Shown: positions 1 to 7,749 of the stretch, in pieces
Layout of the letters: every line of letters begins with the position of its first letter
Position numbering within the stretch: position 1 is the stretch's first letter
NCBI GenBank assembly: GCA_019359695.1
Contig: JAHHGV010000002.1
Coordinates: 334,534 to 366,533 of the forward strand
Direction of reading: 5' to 3'
Length of the DNA stretch: 32,000 nt
Origin: Brasilonema angustatum HA4187-MV1
Lineage (GTDB): Bacteria; Cyanobacteriota; Cyanobacteriia; Cyanobacteriales; Nostocaceae
Made by a program: the position numbers and the translations under genes
The notes under the pieces: model-generated
What the model was told of the DNA's origin: nothing
The model's database searches: none
The model's input: only the letters and a program-made list of their open reading frames with translations

Positions 1-429
1 ATTCGTGGCGTGGGACTGGTTGAACCACGACAAGTAAGAACCGTTTGCGGTAGTGGTGATTTGTTTGGCTTTGGTGACGTTGATGGACAAGGTTTCGATG
101 TCAGGTTACAGCACTGCTTAGGAGTAGAATACGCCGAGAATCAGTTATGGGTAGCTGATACTTACAACCACAAAATTAAACTCGTTAACCCCCACACTGG
201 CGATTGTCAAACAATTTTGGGTGATGGTTCCGTTGGTTTAGAAGACGGAGAAGGTAAAAATACCCGCTTTTCTGAACCTTCCGGACTGAGTGTGATGGGT
301 TCTGATTTGTTTATTGCTGATACGAATAACCATGCTATCCGTCGCGTAGATTTGGATACCTTAACAGTGACAACATTAAAATTTCCTAATTTGTGCGCCC
401 CAGATGTATGTGTTCCACATGAGTCATAA
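1..429 (+). CDS. NHL-repeat beta-propeller protein, C-terminal part (5' end outside window)
   Basis: Frame 1 is open from base 1 (IRGVGLVEP...) to TAA at 427-429. Repeated blades 'ADTYNHKIKLVNP' and 'ADTNNHAIRRVDL' are typical of NHL repeats. Confidence 0.7.
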   Translation: MRGVGLVEPRQVRTVCGSGDLFGFGDVDGQGFDVRLQHCLGVEYAENQLWVADTYNHKIKLVNPHTGDCQTILGDGSVGLEDGEGKNTRFSEPSGLSVMGSDLFIADTNNHAIRRVDLDTLTVTTLKFPNLCAPDVCVPHES

Positions 430-436
430 GTTGGTG

Positions 437-456
437 GTGAGGACTTTAGTCCTTAC
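437..456 (+). terminator. possible terminator hairpin after the NHL gene
   Basis: GTGAGGAC-TTTA-GTCCTTAC (8 bp with one G.U) starts 8 nt after the stop. It is followed by A/T-rich sequence but no clean U-run. Confidence 0.3.
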
Positions 457-565
457 TACAAATAAGTTTTTACAAGTAATTTTAATAACATGATATCAGT
501 CATTTTTTGAATAAAAAAACCACATAAACACACAGATATACACAGAGAAATTAAAAGCAAGGACT

Positions 566-696
566 AATATCACGTCCGGATGAAAACTTATAAAACCAAG
601 AACCTCACCCCCGTCCCCTCTCCTTACTAAGGAGAGGGGTGCCCGAAGGGCGGGGTGAGGTTTTTTTATTGTAAGTAATTAACCCAACTTGATATA
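566..696. mobile_element. MITE-like element, copy 1
   Basis: The termini AATATCACGTCCGGATGA ... TTAACCCAACTTGATATA match those of 25222-25351. The core 601-662 is a branched palindrome. Its outer stem is AACCTCACCCC/GGGGTGAGGTT, its inner stem is CCCCTCTCC/GGAGAGGGG, and a side hairpin is GCCC-GAA-GGGC. Confidence 0.4.
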
Positions 697-796
697 AAGT
701 TTTTTTTGAGGTCATGAAATTGGCAGAATCTACTATGAAGTCAGGTTAACTTATGAGGTGAAATGACTGACTTGACGACTGAAACTTGCGTTAATT

Positions 797-1219
797 ATGA
801 TTGAAAATTTTACACCAGTAGAATGTGAGGACGATGTTATACTTATAGGAAAAGATTCTTTTAAAGTCTGTAGATTAAAAGAGGTGATTGAGGAAGAAAT
901 CAGAAATAAGTTACAGCAGCATATTTATGAATACACAAGTTTATATCCTGGTGTCTCAATGGTGGAATTTTTTAGGAAACTATCTATTGGACAAAAGAAG
1001 ATAAATTTAATGGAAATTCAACATAACTATGTTACAGATTGTCAGATTCTTAGAGTAGGTGGATATGGCTGGCAAAAAGGACAACTGAAAATGAAGATAT
1101 GTATATCAGTTATCAACCATAGTCAAAATGAATTAAGTTTAGAATTCTGCCCTGATGAACCGACTGAGCAAGAATCTTTAATGGATGAAATTTGTAAAAT
1201 CATACAATCGGAAACATAA
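797..1219 (+). CDS. small hypothetical protein, possibly cyanobacterial KGK-domain family
   Basis: ATG-initiated 140-aa ORF in AT-rich sequence. The 'GYGWQKGQLKMKI' segment resembles the KGK-domain core as I remember it. No search was possible. Confidence 0.5.
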   Translation: MIENFTPVECEDDVILIGKDSFKVCRLKEVIEEEIRNKLQQHIYEYTSLYPGVSMVEFFRKLSIGQKKINLMEIQHNYVTDCQILRVGGYGWQKGQLKMKICISVINHSQNELSLEFCPDEPTEQESLMDEICKIIQSET

Positions 1220-1385
1220 TTAGTAGGGGTAGATAATGACCACTGTATAAATGTGCTTTAAGAGGATGTCTCTTGAAGTAAGAAAGCCCACGTAACAGTA
1301 TCCTGTCGTTAAAACAAATACTTAAGTAGCGACAGCATTACGAGAACCATGATTCCTATGTCCCTTCGAGACACGCGCTCGTCGC

Positions 1386-1410
1386 AAAGCGTCCCGTTGA
1401 GGGACGCTTT
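1386..1410. other. perfect 10-bp hairpin AAAGCGTCCC-GTTGA-GGGACGCTTT
   Basis: Seen directly in the sequence. It lies in the spacer between the 797-1219 gene and the DUF952 gene. It could be a terminator or a dispersed palindrome. Confidence 0.4.
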
Positions 1411-1477
1411 AAAGTTAAAGGAGTATTGTATGAAAAATGTGATTTAATACCAAGTTGCAATCAAAAGTATCACCTGT

Positions 1478-1511
1478 GATTGCGAGTGAAACGAAGTGGA
1501 ACGAAGCAATC
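1478..1511. repeat. dispersed repeat related to the core hairpin arm of the 25222-25351 element
   Basis: GATTGCGAGTGAAACGAAG[TGGAACGAAG]CAATC matches the reverse complement of GATTGCTTCGTTTCACTCGCAATGAC at 25295-25320, with a 10-nt internal duplication. Confidence 0.55.
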
Positions 1512-1563
1512 TCCCCTAAAGCGCTACTACAACAGAACGCAACTTGGTATAAGCAAGAAACTT

Positions 1564-1899
1564 ATGACTACTATCCTACACATTACTCAACGAAAACAAT
1601 GGGAGCAAGGCAAACTCCTCGGAACATACGAAGGTGATACCCTCGACTCTGAAGGCTTTATCCACTGTTCAACGCCAACACAAATTATAAAAGTCGCAAA
1701 TACATTTTTTCCCAATCAAAAAGGATTGGTACTCCTTTTGATCAACTCTGATAAAGTTCACGCTGCAATTCGCTATGAAGGTGTAGAAGGAGAACTATTT
1801 CCTCATATCTACGGTGCTTTGAATGTTGATGCTGTCTTCAAGGTGATCGATTTTGAACCTGGTGAAAATGGCTTGTTTATATTGCCAAAAAATATTTGA
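1564..1899 (+). CDS. DUF952 family protein
   Basis: 'EGFIHCSTPTQ...LVLLLINSDKV...ELFPHIYGALNVDAV' matches the DUF952 pattern. I prefer the ATG at 1564, because the longer 1480 start runs through the repeat at 1478-1511. Confidence 0.8.
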   Translation: MTTILHITQRKQWEQGKLLGTYEGDTLDSEGFIHCSTPTQIIKVANTFFPNQKGLVLLLINSDKVHAAIRYEGVEGELFPHIYGALNVDAVFKVIDFEPGENGLFILPKNI

Positions 1900-1942
1900 A
1901 TGGAATAAACCGCCAAGGACGCCAAGGAAGAGAGGAGGAGAG

Positions 1943-2131
1943 ATGAAAGGTAAGGAGTTGAATGTAGGCGAGTATGTGGATTTGATGGCTTTGTTGTTGG
2001 ATTTGGAATTGAGGGATGAATATCGAGATGGGGTGATGGCGAATTTTGAGAGAATTATGGCGATCGCTCAAGTTGTAAATGAGTTTCCCTTACCTGAGAC
2101 AATTGAAGCTGCGCCTGTTTTTGAACCATGA
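1943..2131 (+). CDS. AtzG-like small protein (DUF4089; GatC-like partner of the AtzE-type amidase)
   Basis: The 62-aa product 'MKGKELNVGEYVDLMALLLDLELRDEYRDGV..FPLPETIEAAPVFEP' follows GGAGGAG 3 nt upstream of ATG 1943. Its TGA overlaps the amidase ATG (ATGA at 2128-2131). Confidence 0.6.
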   Translation: MKGKELNVGEYVDLMALLLDLELRDEYRDGVMANFERIMAIAQVVNEFPLPETIEAAPVFEP

Positions 2132-3546
2132 ATTTAGAACAAGCTGATGCTGTTGCAGTAGCGGCTGCTGTGCGAGAAGGTAAAGTGAGTGCAGTGGAAG
2201 TTACCAAAGCTGCTTTACAAAGAATTGCCGGGCGGGATAATGAACTCAATTGTTTTACAACTGTCACTGCTGAGACTGCTTTGACAGATGCAGAACGAAT
2301 TGATAGAGAAATTGCCCAAGGTAAAAATCCTGGTTGTTTGGCTGGTGTCCCTTTCGCTGTCAAAAATCTTTTTGATATCGCTGGCTTAACCACTCTGGCT
2401 GGTGCAAAAATCAACGGGGAAAATCCTCCAGCAACTCAGGATGCAACAGCAGTTACAAGGTTGAAGCAAGCGGGTGCTGTTCTTGTAGGCGCTTTAAATA
2501 TGGATGAGTACGCCTATGGATTTGTGACGGAAAATTTCCATTATGGTATTACACATAATCCGCATGATTTAAAGCGCATAGCTGGTGGTTCATCGGGTGG
2601 ATCGGCGGCGGCGATCGCAGCTAACTTGGTTCCACTGACGCTAGGTTCTGATACGAATGGTTCCATTCGCGTTCCTGCTGCTTTGTGTGGTGTTTTTGGT
2701 TTGAAGCCGACTTATGGACGGTTGTCACGTGCTGGAGTAGCATTATTTTCCAGCAGTTTAGACCACATTGGACCATTTGCCCGTTCGGTACGGGATATTG
2801 CTACGGCGTTTGATGTGCTTCAGGGGGAAGATGAGAGAGATCCAGTTTGTACAAAACGTCCTCCCCAACCATGTTTACCACTGCTGAATCAAGATATTAC
2901 TGATTTACGAATTGCCATTGTAGGTGATTATTTTACAAAAGGTGCAAGTCCTGAAGCATTAGAAGCTGTACAAAAAGTTGCTGATGCTTTGGGTGTTACC
3001 CAGTATGTCACAATTCCTGAAGCACATCGCGCCCGTGCAGCAGCGTTTGTGATCACAGCTTGTGAGGGGGCAAATTTGCATTTGGAAAAATTGCGATCGC
3101 GTCCCCAAGATTTTGATCCAGCGATGCGCGATCGCTTTCTTGCTGGTGCTTTGATACCTAATAGCTGGTACATTCAAGCACAACGCTTTCGGAGATGGTA
3201 TAGAGATCAAGTCCGAGAAATCTTTCAAAAGGTAGATGTTATTCTTGCTCCAACTACACCAATTTCTGCACCACTTATTGGTCAACAAACCATGTTTTTA
3301 GATGGAGAAGAAATTCTTGTCCGTCCTCATCTTGGGCTATTTACGCTACCACTATCTTTCATCGGCTTACCCGTTTTATCAGTCCCAATTCAACGTATAA
3401 GCAATCTACCATTGGGCGTACAGTTAATAGCTGCACCTTATAACGAAACCCTAATTCTGAGTGTTGCAGCGGTGCTAGAAGCAAAGGATGTCATATCGGC
3501 ACTAACCGTTGAGCTGCCTGAGTGTGGCACTGTAAGCACAATTTAG
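2128..3546 (+). CDS. amidase-signature enzyme, AtzE-like (GatA-related) amidohydrolase
   Basis: 472 aa carrying the amidase signature 'GGSSGGSAAAIA' and 'GSDTNGSIRVPAA'. It is translationally coupled to the upstream AtzG-like ORF. Confidence 0.85.
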   Translation: MNLEQADAVAVAAAVREGKVSAVEVTKAALQRIAGRDNELNCFTTVTAETALTDAERIDREIAQGKNPGCLAGVPFAVKNLFDIAGLTTLAGAKINGENPPATQDATAVTRLKQAGAVLVGALNMDEYAYGFVTENFHYGITHNPHDLKRIAGGSSGGSAAAIAANLVPLTLGSDTNGSIRVPAALCGVFGLKPTYGRLSRAGVALFSSSLDHIGPFARSVRDIATAFDVLQGEDERDPVCTKRPPQPCLPLLNQDITDLRIAIVGDYFTKGASPEALEAVQKVADALGVTQYVTIPEAHRARAAAFVITACEGANLHLEKLRSRPQDFDPAMRDRFLAGALIPNSWYIQAQRFRRWYRDQVREIFQKVDVILAPTTPISAPLIGQQTMFLDGEEILVRPHLGLFTLPLSFIGLPVLSVPIQRISNLPLGVQLIAAPYNETLILSVAAVLEAKDVISALTVELPECGTVSTI

Positions 3547-3573
3547 CAGTACTTCATCAATAACGCCTGTTTT

Positions 3574-5076
3574 CTATTGGCAAGTAGACTCACGATTGTT
3601 GTGTACCTTCCTTTGCTCTAACCACCAGATAACAGTCACTAGAATTATCGAGGCGATCGCAATCAGTGCTGTGACGCGAAAAGTAGTATCAAAGCCAAAA
3701 ACTAGACCTTCAACAGGTGCATTTGTCACATCGGTGTTAGGTGCAAGATCAGCGCTAGCTATAGTCAAAGTAGAAAACAGAACGCCCATTAAAGACACTC
3801 CTGTCGTCAGCCCTAATGACCGCGACAAGGACAACAATCCCGAAGCGATACCTAACCGTTCTCTGGGTACGGCTCCCATCACGGCGCTATTGTTGGAGGA
3901 AAAAAACATTTCTAGCCCTAACCTCAGGGGTAGAACGCGTACAACAAAGCCCAACGCCAGCGAAGATGTGTCCAAGGTGCTAATAGTCCAGCACCCAAAT
4001 ACCATCAACAATAGCCCAATCAAGCTGATGATACGTTCGCCGAAGCGGTCAGACAGAGTGCCTGCCAGGGGTGCCATGAGCGCTGATGACATAGGCAACA
4101 CCGTCAGCAAGAACCCCGCTAGCTGTGGGGGATAGTGCTTAATCAAGTCGAGAAAGAAAGGTAAAAGCAATTGTAGAGCGCCGATGATGATAAACACCAT
4201 CCAACCCAACAATAAGCTCAGGCTAAACTCCAGGGAGCGAAACATCTCCAAGTCGAGTATCGGCTCTGATACGCGGGACTCTACCACTAAAAAGCACCCT
4301 AAACCGACAGCAGCCACTACCAGTACTATCAGTTCTGTCAATGAGTCAAAGCTGGAATTTTGTAACTGAGTTACAGCGATTGTCAAGCAGGTTAGTGTTA
4401 CTGTCATCAGCACTGCTCCAATGACATCAAACTTGGAAACGTTAGATGCAACCTCTTTGCTATCAGAAGATGGTACAGCGAAAGCAACTATCAAGCAGGC
4501 AATCAGACCAATTGGTACATTCATCCAGAAGATGAAACGCCAGCCCACAAAACCAATCAGCAGTCCTCCGATCCCAGGTCCAAGGGCAATTCCTAGTGTG
4601 AATATCCCGTTGAGAATGCCTAGCGCACGTCCGCGTTCCTCTTTTGGAAACACCTCCGTAATAATCGCCGTTCCCAATGCTGACATAAAGACAGCACCGA
4701 GTCCTTGCAGCGTCCGAAAGACGAGCAAAAAGTTTACTGTTGGTGCGAATCCACACAGCAGTGAGCTGATGGTGAACAGGATAAGTCCACCCAGGTACAG
4801 CCACTTCTTGTTGTACATATCGCCCAATCGCGCTGCACCCAGTACAAAAACAGTAAGCGTTAGCACATAACTTATAGCAATCCATTGAATCATGGCAAAG
4901 TTGGTATTGAACAATTCAACCAACATCGGAAGGGCAAGATTGACAATGTAGATCTCCAAGCCAAATAGGAACATACCAATTCCAACACCGAGCAGCGTCC
5001 ACCATTTTCCAGAATCTCTAGGCTCATTAGTTGGCTCATTCGGTTGTTCTTCCTGGATTTTTGCTGTTGCTACCAT
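3574..5076 (-). CDS. MFS transporter, DHA2 (EmrB/QacA-like, about 14 TMS) drug:H+ antiporter family
   Basis: 500 aa, hydrophobic throughout. MFS motif 'LGDMYNKKWLYLGG' follows TM2. It is convergent with the amidase, with stops 27 bp apart. Confidence 0.85.
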   Translation of the reverse strand: MVATAKIQEEQPNEPTNEPRDSGKWWTLLGVGIGMFLFGLEIYIVNLALPMLVELFNTNFAMIQWIAISYVLTLTVFVLGAARLGDMYNKKWLYLGGLILFTISSLLCGFAPTVNFLLVFRTLQGLGAVFMSALGTAIITEVFPKEERGRALGILNGIFTLGIALGPGIGGLLIGFVGWRFIFWMNVPIGLIACLIVAFAVPSSDSKEVASNVSKFDVIGAVLMTVTLTCLTIAVTQLQNSSFDSLTELIVLVVAAVGLGCFLVVESRVSEPILDLEMFRSLEFSLSLLLGWMVFIIIGALQLLLPFFLDLIKHYPPQLAGFLLTVLPMSSALMAPLAGTLSDRFGERIISLIGLLLMVFGCWTISTLDTSSLALGFVVRVLPLRLGLEMFFSSNNSAVMGAVPRERLGIASGLLSLSRSLGLTTGVSLMGVLFSTLTIASADLAPNTDVTNAPVEGLVFGFDTTFRVTALIAIASIILVTVIWWLEQRKVHNNRESTCQ

Positions 5077-5168
5077 AGCTTTTACTCTGAGCGTTGACCG
5101 AATTTTTCAGATATTATTATATGGAAGAATGAAATTTTTTTTGAATAGTAAAAATTATACACGGTTGA

Positions 5169-5499
5169 GCGTAATCAGCTACTCCACCAAACCGTGCTTA
5201 ATTGCAAATCGCACTAATTCTGCTCGGTTACTAGTTAAAGTTTTCTTAGTAAACTGCTCACGTACTTTTCCACAGTTCTTGGACTTAGATGCAAGTGCTG
5301 GTCCATTTCAGCATTAGAAACACCATGAGTCAATAGTTCCAGAACTTGTTGCTTTCTGGGAGTTAACTCAGAGAACATCTCGGGTTTTTGAATACCAGTC
5401 ATATCAGAGTTATTCGTGTCAGGCGATTTTGTGGGAGTATGAGTGACTAAATTTTCTTGATGAGGAAATCCTTACTCTGATTGAATAATTTGCGATCGC
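5169..5499 (-). pseudogene. duplicated 3' fragment (linker + LuxR HTH) of the response-regulator gene at 7066-7749
   Basis: About 331 bp align with 7056-7387 at roughly 94% identity by eye. There is one 1-nt deletion (T4 versus T5 after AAAG at about 5241), so the frame is broken. The copy ends exactly at GCGATCGC (5492-5499). Confidence 0.85.
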
Positions 5500-5522
5500 C
5501 GAAGGCGGCTCCTGCTGGAGCA

Positions 5523-6045
5523 TCGCGTCCCCAAGATTTTGATCCAGCAACACGCGATCGCTTTCTTGCTGGTGCTTTGATACCTGGTAGCTGTCCAGAC
5601 TTTTAGAAGCGGTTGTTCACTCAACCATTATCTTTCAAGAAACACATTTTGAAACCCTTATCTAGCAATGGTTTTAGAGATTTAAGGAAAATGTGTTTCT
5701 TTCAGATTTCACTTGCGGTATGCCGCTAGTCGGAGGATCACATCTTGCACCAAGAAAAGTTGATTGAATTTTTACACTCAGTACGAAGCCTCAAGCCCTT
5801 ATTCTTACGAAAAAAAATAAGAAAAACCGTGTCACTTTCTTGCGCTGCTTTTAACGAAATCCGGGCTTATACGGTTAGGTGCAAGATCTGAGTTATCTTT
5901 TATCGGCTTACCTGTTTTATCAGTTCCAATTGTGCGCCCAAATGGTTTACCTCTGGGTGTACAATTGATAGCTGCACCCTACAATGAAGCGTTCATATTA
6001 CGAGTAGCATCCGTATTGGAAGCAAAGGGTCTACTATGTGTGTGA
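5523..6045 (+). pseudogene. remnant of the 3' end of an amidase gene (paralogous to 3097-3546)
   Basis: 5523-5594 matches 3097-3168 (about 66/72). 5893-6045 matches about 3352-3504 and still reads LSFIGLPVLSVPIVRPNGLPLGVQLIAAPYNEAFILRVASVLEAKGLLCV*. The middle is deleted and also carries an insertion. Confidence 0.8.
5637..5892. mobile_element. about 256-bp non-coding insertion inside the amidase remnant, flanked by TTATCTTT direct repeats
   Basis: TTATCTTTC (5628-5636) and TTATCTTTT (5893-5901) flank it, where the intact gene has one copy (CTATCTTTC at 3352-3360). It contains two inverted-repeat units: AAGAAACACATTTT/AAAATGTGTTTCTT (5637-5702) and TCACATCTTGCACC/GGTGCAAGATCTGA (about 5748-5890). 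Confidence 0.4.
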
Positions 6046-6702
6046 TTCAATGGCATGATCAAAAGAGTTATTGTCTTCTGACTCTGCCTGTTCCCTTTTT
6101 ATGAGATGCTCTCTACCTTGCTCTGTAATTTGTAAATAATCTTTCAAGTTACCATTTTCTGGCATTGAGGAAATCGTTTTATTCGGTAAATTTTCAATAA
6201 AACCTAATGCACGTAAATGCCGCAATTCCTGTACAAAAGGACGCTGCTTTTTGTAAGAAAATGGTTCATCACTTGCTAACTTACGGAGATGCTTTAATTC
6301 ATAGCTACCAAGCAGACTACTAACAATGAGTTGATTTTGATTTTTACTCTTAGCCATTTCCTGTTCTACGAAAGTCAGACGTTGGACGATATTTGTAGTT
6401 GCTTCAATATTTGCTTTATTGGTTTCAATCTTAACTTGTTGGCTGTCTTGTTCAGCTTTGATTTTGTCAAGATCAAATGTTATTCCATCTTTACTGATAA
6501 CTAACTTGACTAATCTTTCCAAAAGTTCTGAATTAACTAATAAGATAATGGCAAAAATTATCACATCTGCCGTCTCTAATTTTTGCTTGACCCACCCAAG
6601 TGGAATCGCTATAAAATAAAGTAAACTAAGAAAACTAATAATTTTTAAAAACCAAAAATTAAGTTTAGTTTCATTGTTAGCTTTCTGGTTTGTCCCATTC
6701 AT
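6034..6702 (-). CDS. hypothetical membrane protein (two N-terminal TM helices, coiled coil, basic C-terminal domain)
   Basis: ATG-initiated 222-aa ORF in AT-rich sequence. TM segments are 'FWFLKIISFLSLLYFIAIPLGW' and 'VIIFAIILLV', followed by a Q/E/K-rich helix. I recognise no family. Confidence 0.6.
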   Translation of the reverse strand: MNGTNQKANNETKLNFWFLKIISFLSLLYFIAIPLGWVKQKLETADVIIFAIILLVNSELLERLVKLVISKDGITFDLDKIKAEQDSQQVKIETNKANIEATTNIVQRLTFVEQEMAKSKNQNQLIVSSLLGSYELKHLRKLASDEPFSYKKQRPFVQELRHLRALGFIENLPNKTISSMPENGNLKDYLQITEQGREHLIKREQAESEDNNSFDHAIESHT

Positions 6703-7065
6703 AAACTGCTCACCTTAAATACTGTTCTCGCCAATGTTACTTTTTAATACAAAGCTTGAACCAGAGATTCCAGAATCAAATGACTCATTGCTCATACCAT
6801 AACTTTCCCAACAGATAAAAGTATTTAAGGTGGGCAATACAATATTTACTATTTCTGTACGCCTTCTGCGCCTAAAGCGGTTTGATGGGTGGACAATACC
6901 CACTCTACAACTCATATAAATCTTTCAACTTATAGTTTCTGTTACTATTTGGGTGACAAGCTTAAACCTCCACGCAAATCACTGGAAGCTAGCAAACCGA
7001 CAAGCTAAGATAGTTCAGGTTATCAAGAAAAAATCGCGGAATGATAGAAACTCAAGCGCGATTAG

Positions 7066-7749
7066 CTACTCCACCAAACCATGCTTAATCGCAAAACGCA
7101 CTAATTCTGCTCGGTTACTAGTTAAAGTTTTTCTTAATAAACTGCTCACGTACTTTTCCACAGTTCTTGAACTCAGATGCAATTGCTGGCCCATTTCAGC
7201 ATTAGAAAGACCATGAGTCAATAGTTCCAGAACTTGTTGCTCTCTGGGAGTTAACTCAGAGAACATCTCGGGTTTTTGAATACCAGTCACATCAGAGTTA
7301 TTGGTGTCAGGCGATTTTGTGGGAGTATGAGTGACTAAATTTTCTTGATGATAAAATCCGTACTCTGATTGAATAATTTGCGATCGCTCTAAAAGATTGC
7401 GAATTGCTGCAGCCAACTCTTCTAGTTCAAAAGGTTTGGGCAAGTACAAATCGCATCCCGATTGATAGCCTAGAATTCTTTCCTGAGTCTTGGTTCTCGC
7501 TGTTAGTAATATTACAGGTAACAATCGGAACCCTGGTTGTTGACGCACTCGCCTCACTAAGTCATATCCATTCATTCGTGGCATGATGATGTCAGTGACA
7601 ATCAAGTCAGGATGATGCTCCTCCACGATTGTCAAAGCCTCTTGACCATCATCCGCTGTCATTACTGAGTAGCCAGACAGTTCAAGATAATCGCTGATAG
7701 ATAGACGAGTGCCCAGGTCGTCATCTACTATGAGGATCGTCAAGGGCAT
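7066..7749 (-). CDS. NarL/LuxR-family two-component response regulator (Rre1/Ycf29-like)
   Basis: The receiver domain is 'MPLTILIVDDDLGTRLSISDYLE...IVTDIIMPRMNGY...LPKPFE'. The LuxR HTH is 'LTPREQQVLELLTHGLSNAEMGQQLHLSSRTVEKYVSSL'. I prefer the ATG at 7749 over the longer 7800 start. Confidence 0.9.
   Translation of the reverse strand: MPLTILIVDDDLGTRLSISDYLELSGYSVMTADDGQEALTIVEEHHPDLIVTDIIMPRMNGYDLVRRVRQQPGFRLLPVILLTARTKTQERILGYQSGCDLYLPKPFELEELAAAIRNLLERSQIIQSEYGFYHQENLVTHTPTKSPDTNNSDVTGIQKPEMFSELTPREQQVLELLTHGLSNAEMGQQLHLSSRTVEKYVSSLLRKTLTSNRAELVRFAIKHGLVE

Noticed and set aside
1480-1563. Longer starts for the DUF952 gene (1480) and the AtzG-like gene (1853)
   Set aside because: The 1480 extension translates a dispersed repeat. 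The 1853 extension overlaps the DUF952 3' end and lacks an RBS. By contrast, ATG 1564 and ATG 1943 (the latter with GGAGGAG) give family-typical lengths.
2055-2414. 119-aa minus-strand ORF, plus 2928-3173 and 2959-3288 on the minus strand
   Set aside because: All lie entirely antisense to the well-supported amidase gene, with Ala/Ser/Thr/Arg-rich shadow-ORF composition.
3596-4885. ORFs at 3596-4135 (+), 4184-4369 (+), 4421-4870 (+) and 4463-4885 (-)
   Set aside because: Each is either antisense to, or out of frame within, the MFS transporter gene, which is hydrophobic and continuous in its own frame.
5129-5317. 62-aa ORF on the + strand (and its twin at 6953-7216)
   Set aside because: Both are antisense read-throughs of the response-regulator HTH coding sequence, one on the fragment and one on the intact gene. 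The shared peptide 'ISYSTKPCLIA.RTNSARLLVKVFL' simply mirrors the duplication.
6715-6915. 66-aa minus-strand ORF between the 222-aa gene and the RR gene
   Set aside because: No RBS, and the peptide is arginine-run and low-complexity. It overlaps GGTGGGCAATAC / GGTGGACAATACCCAC repeat copies.
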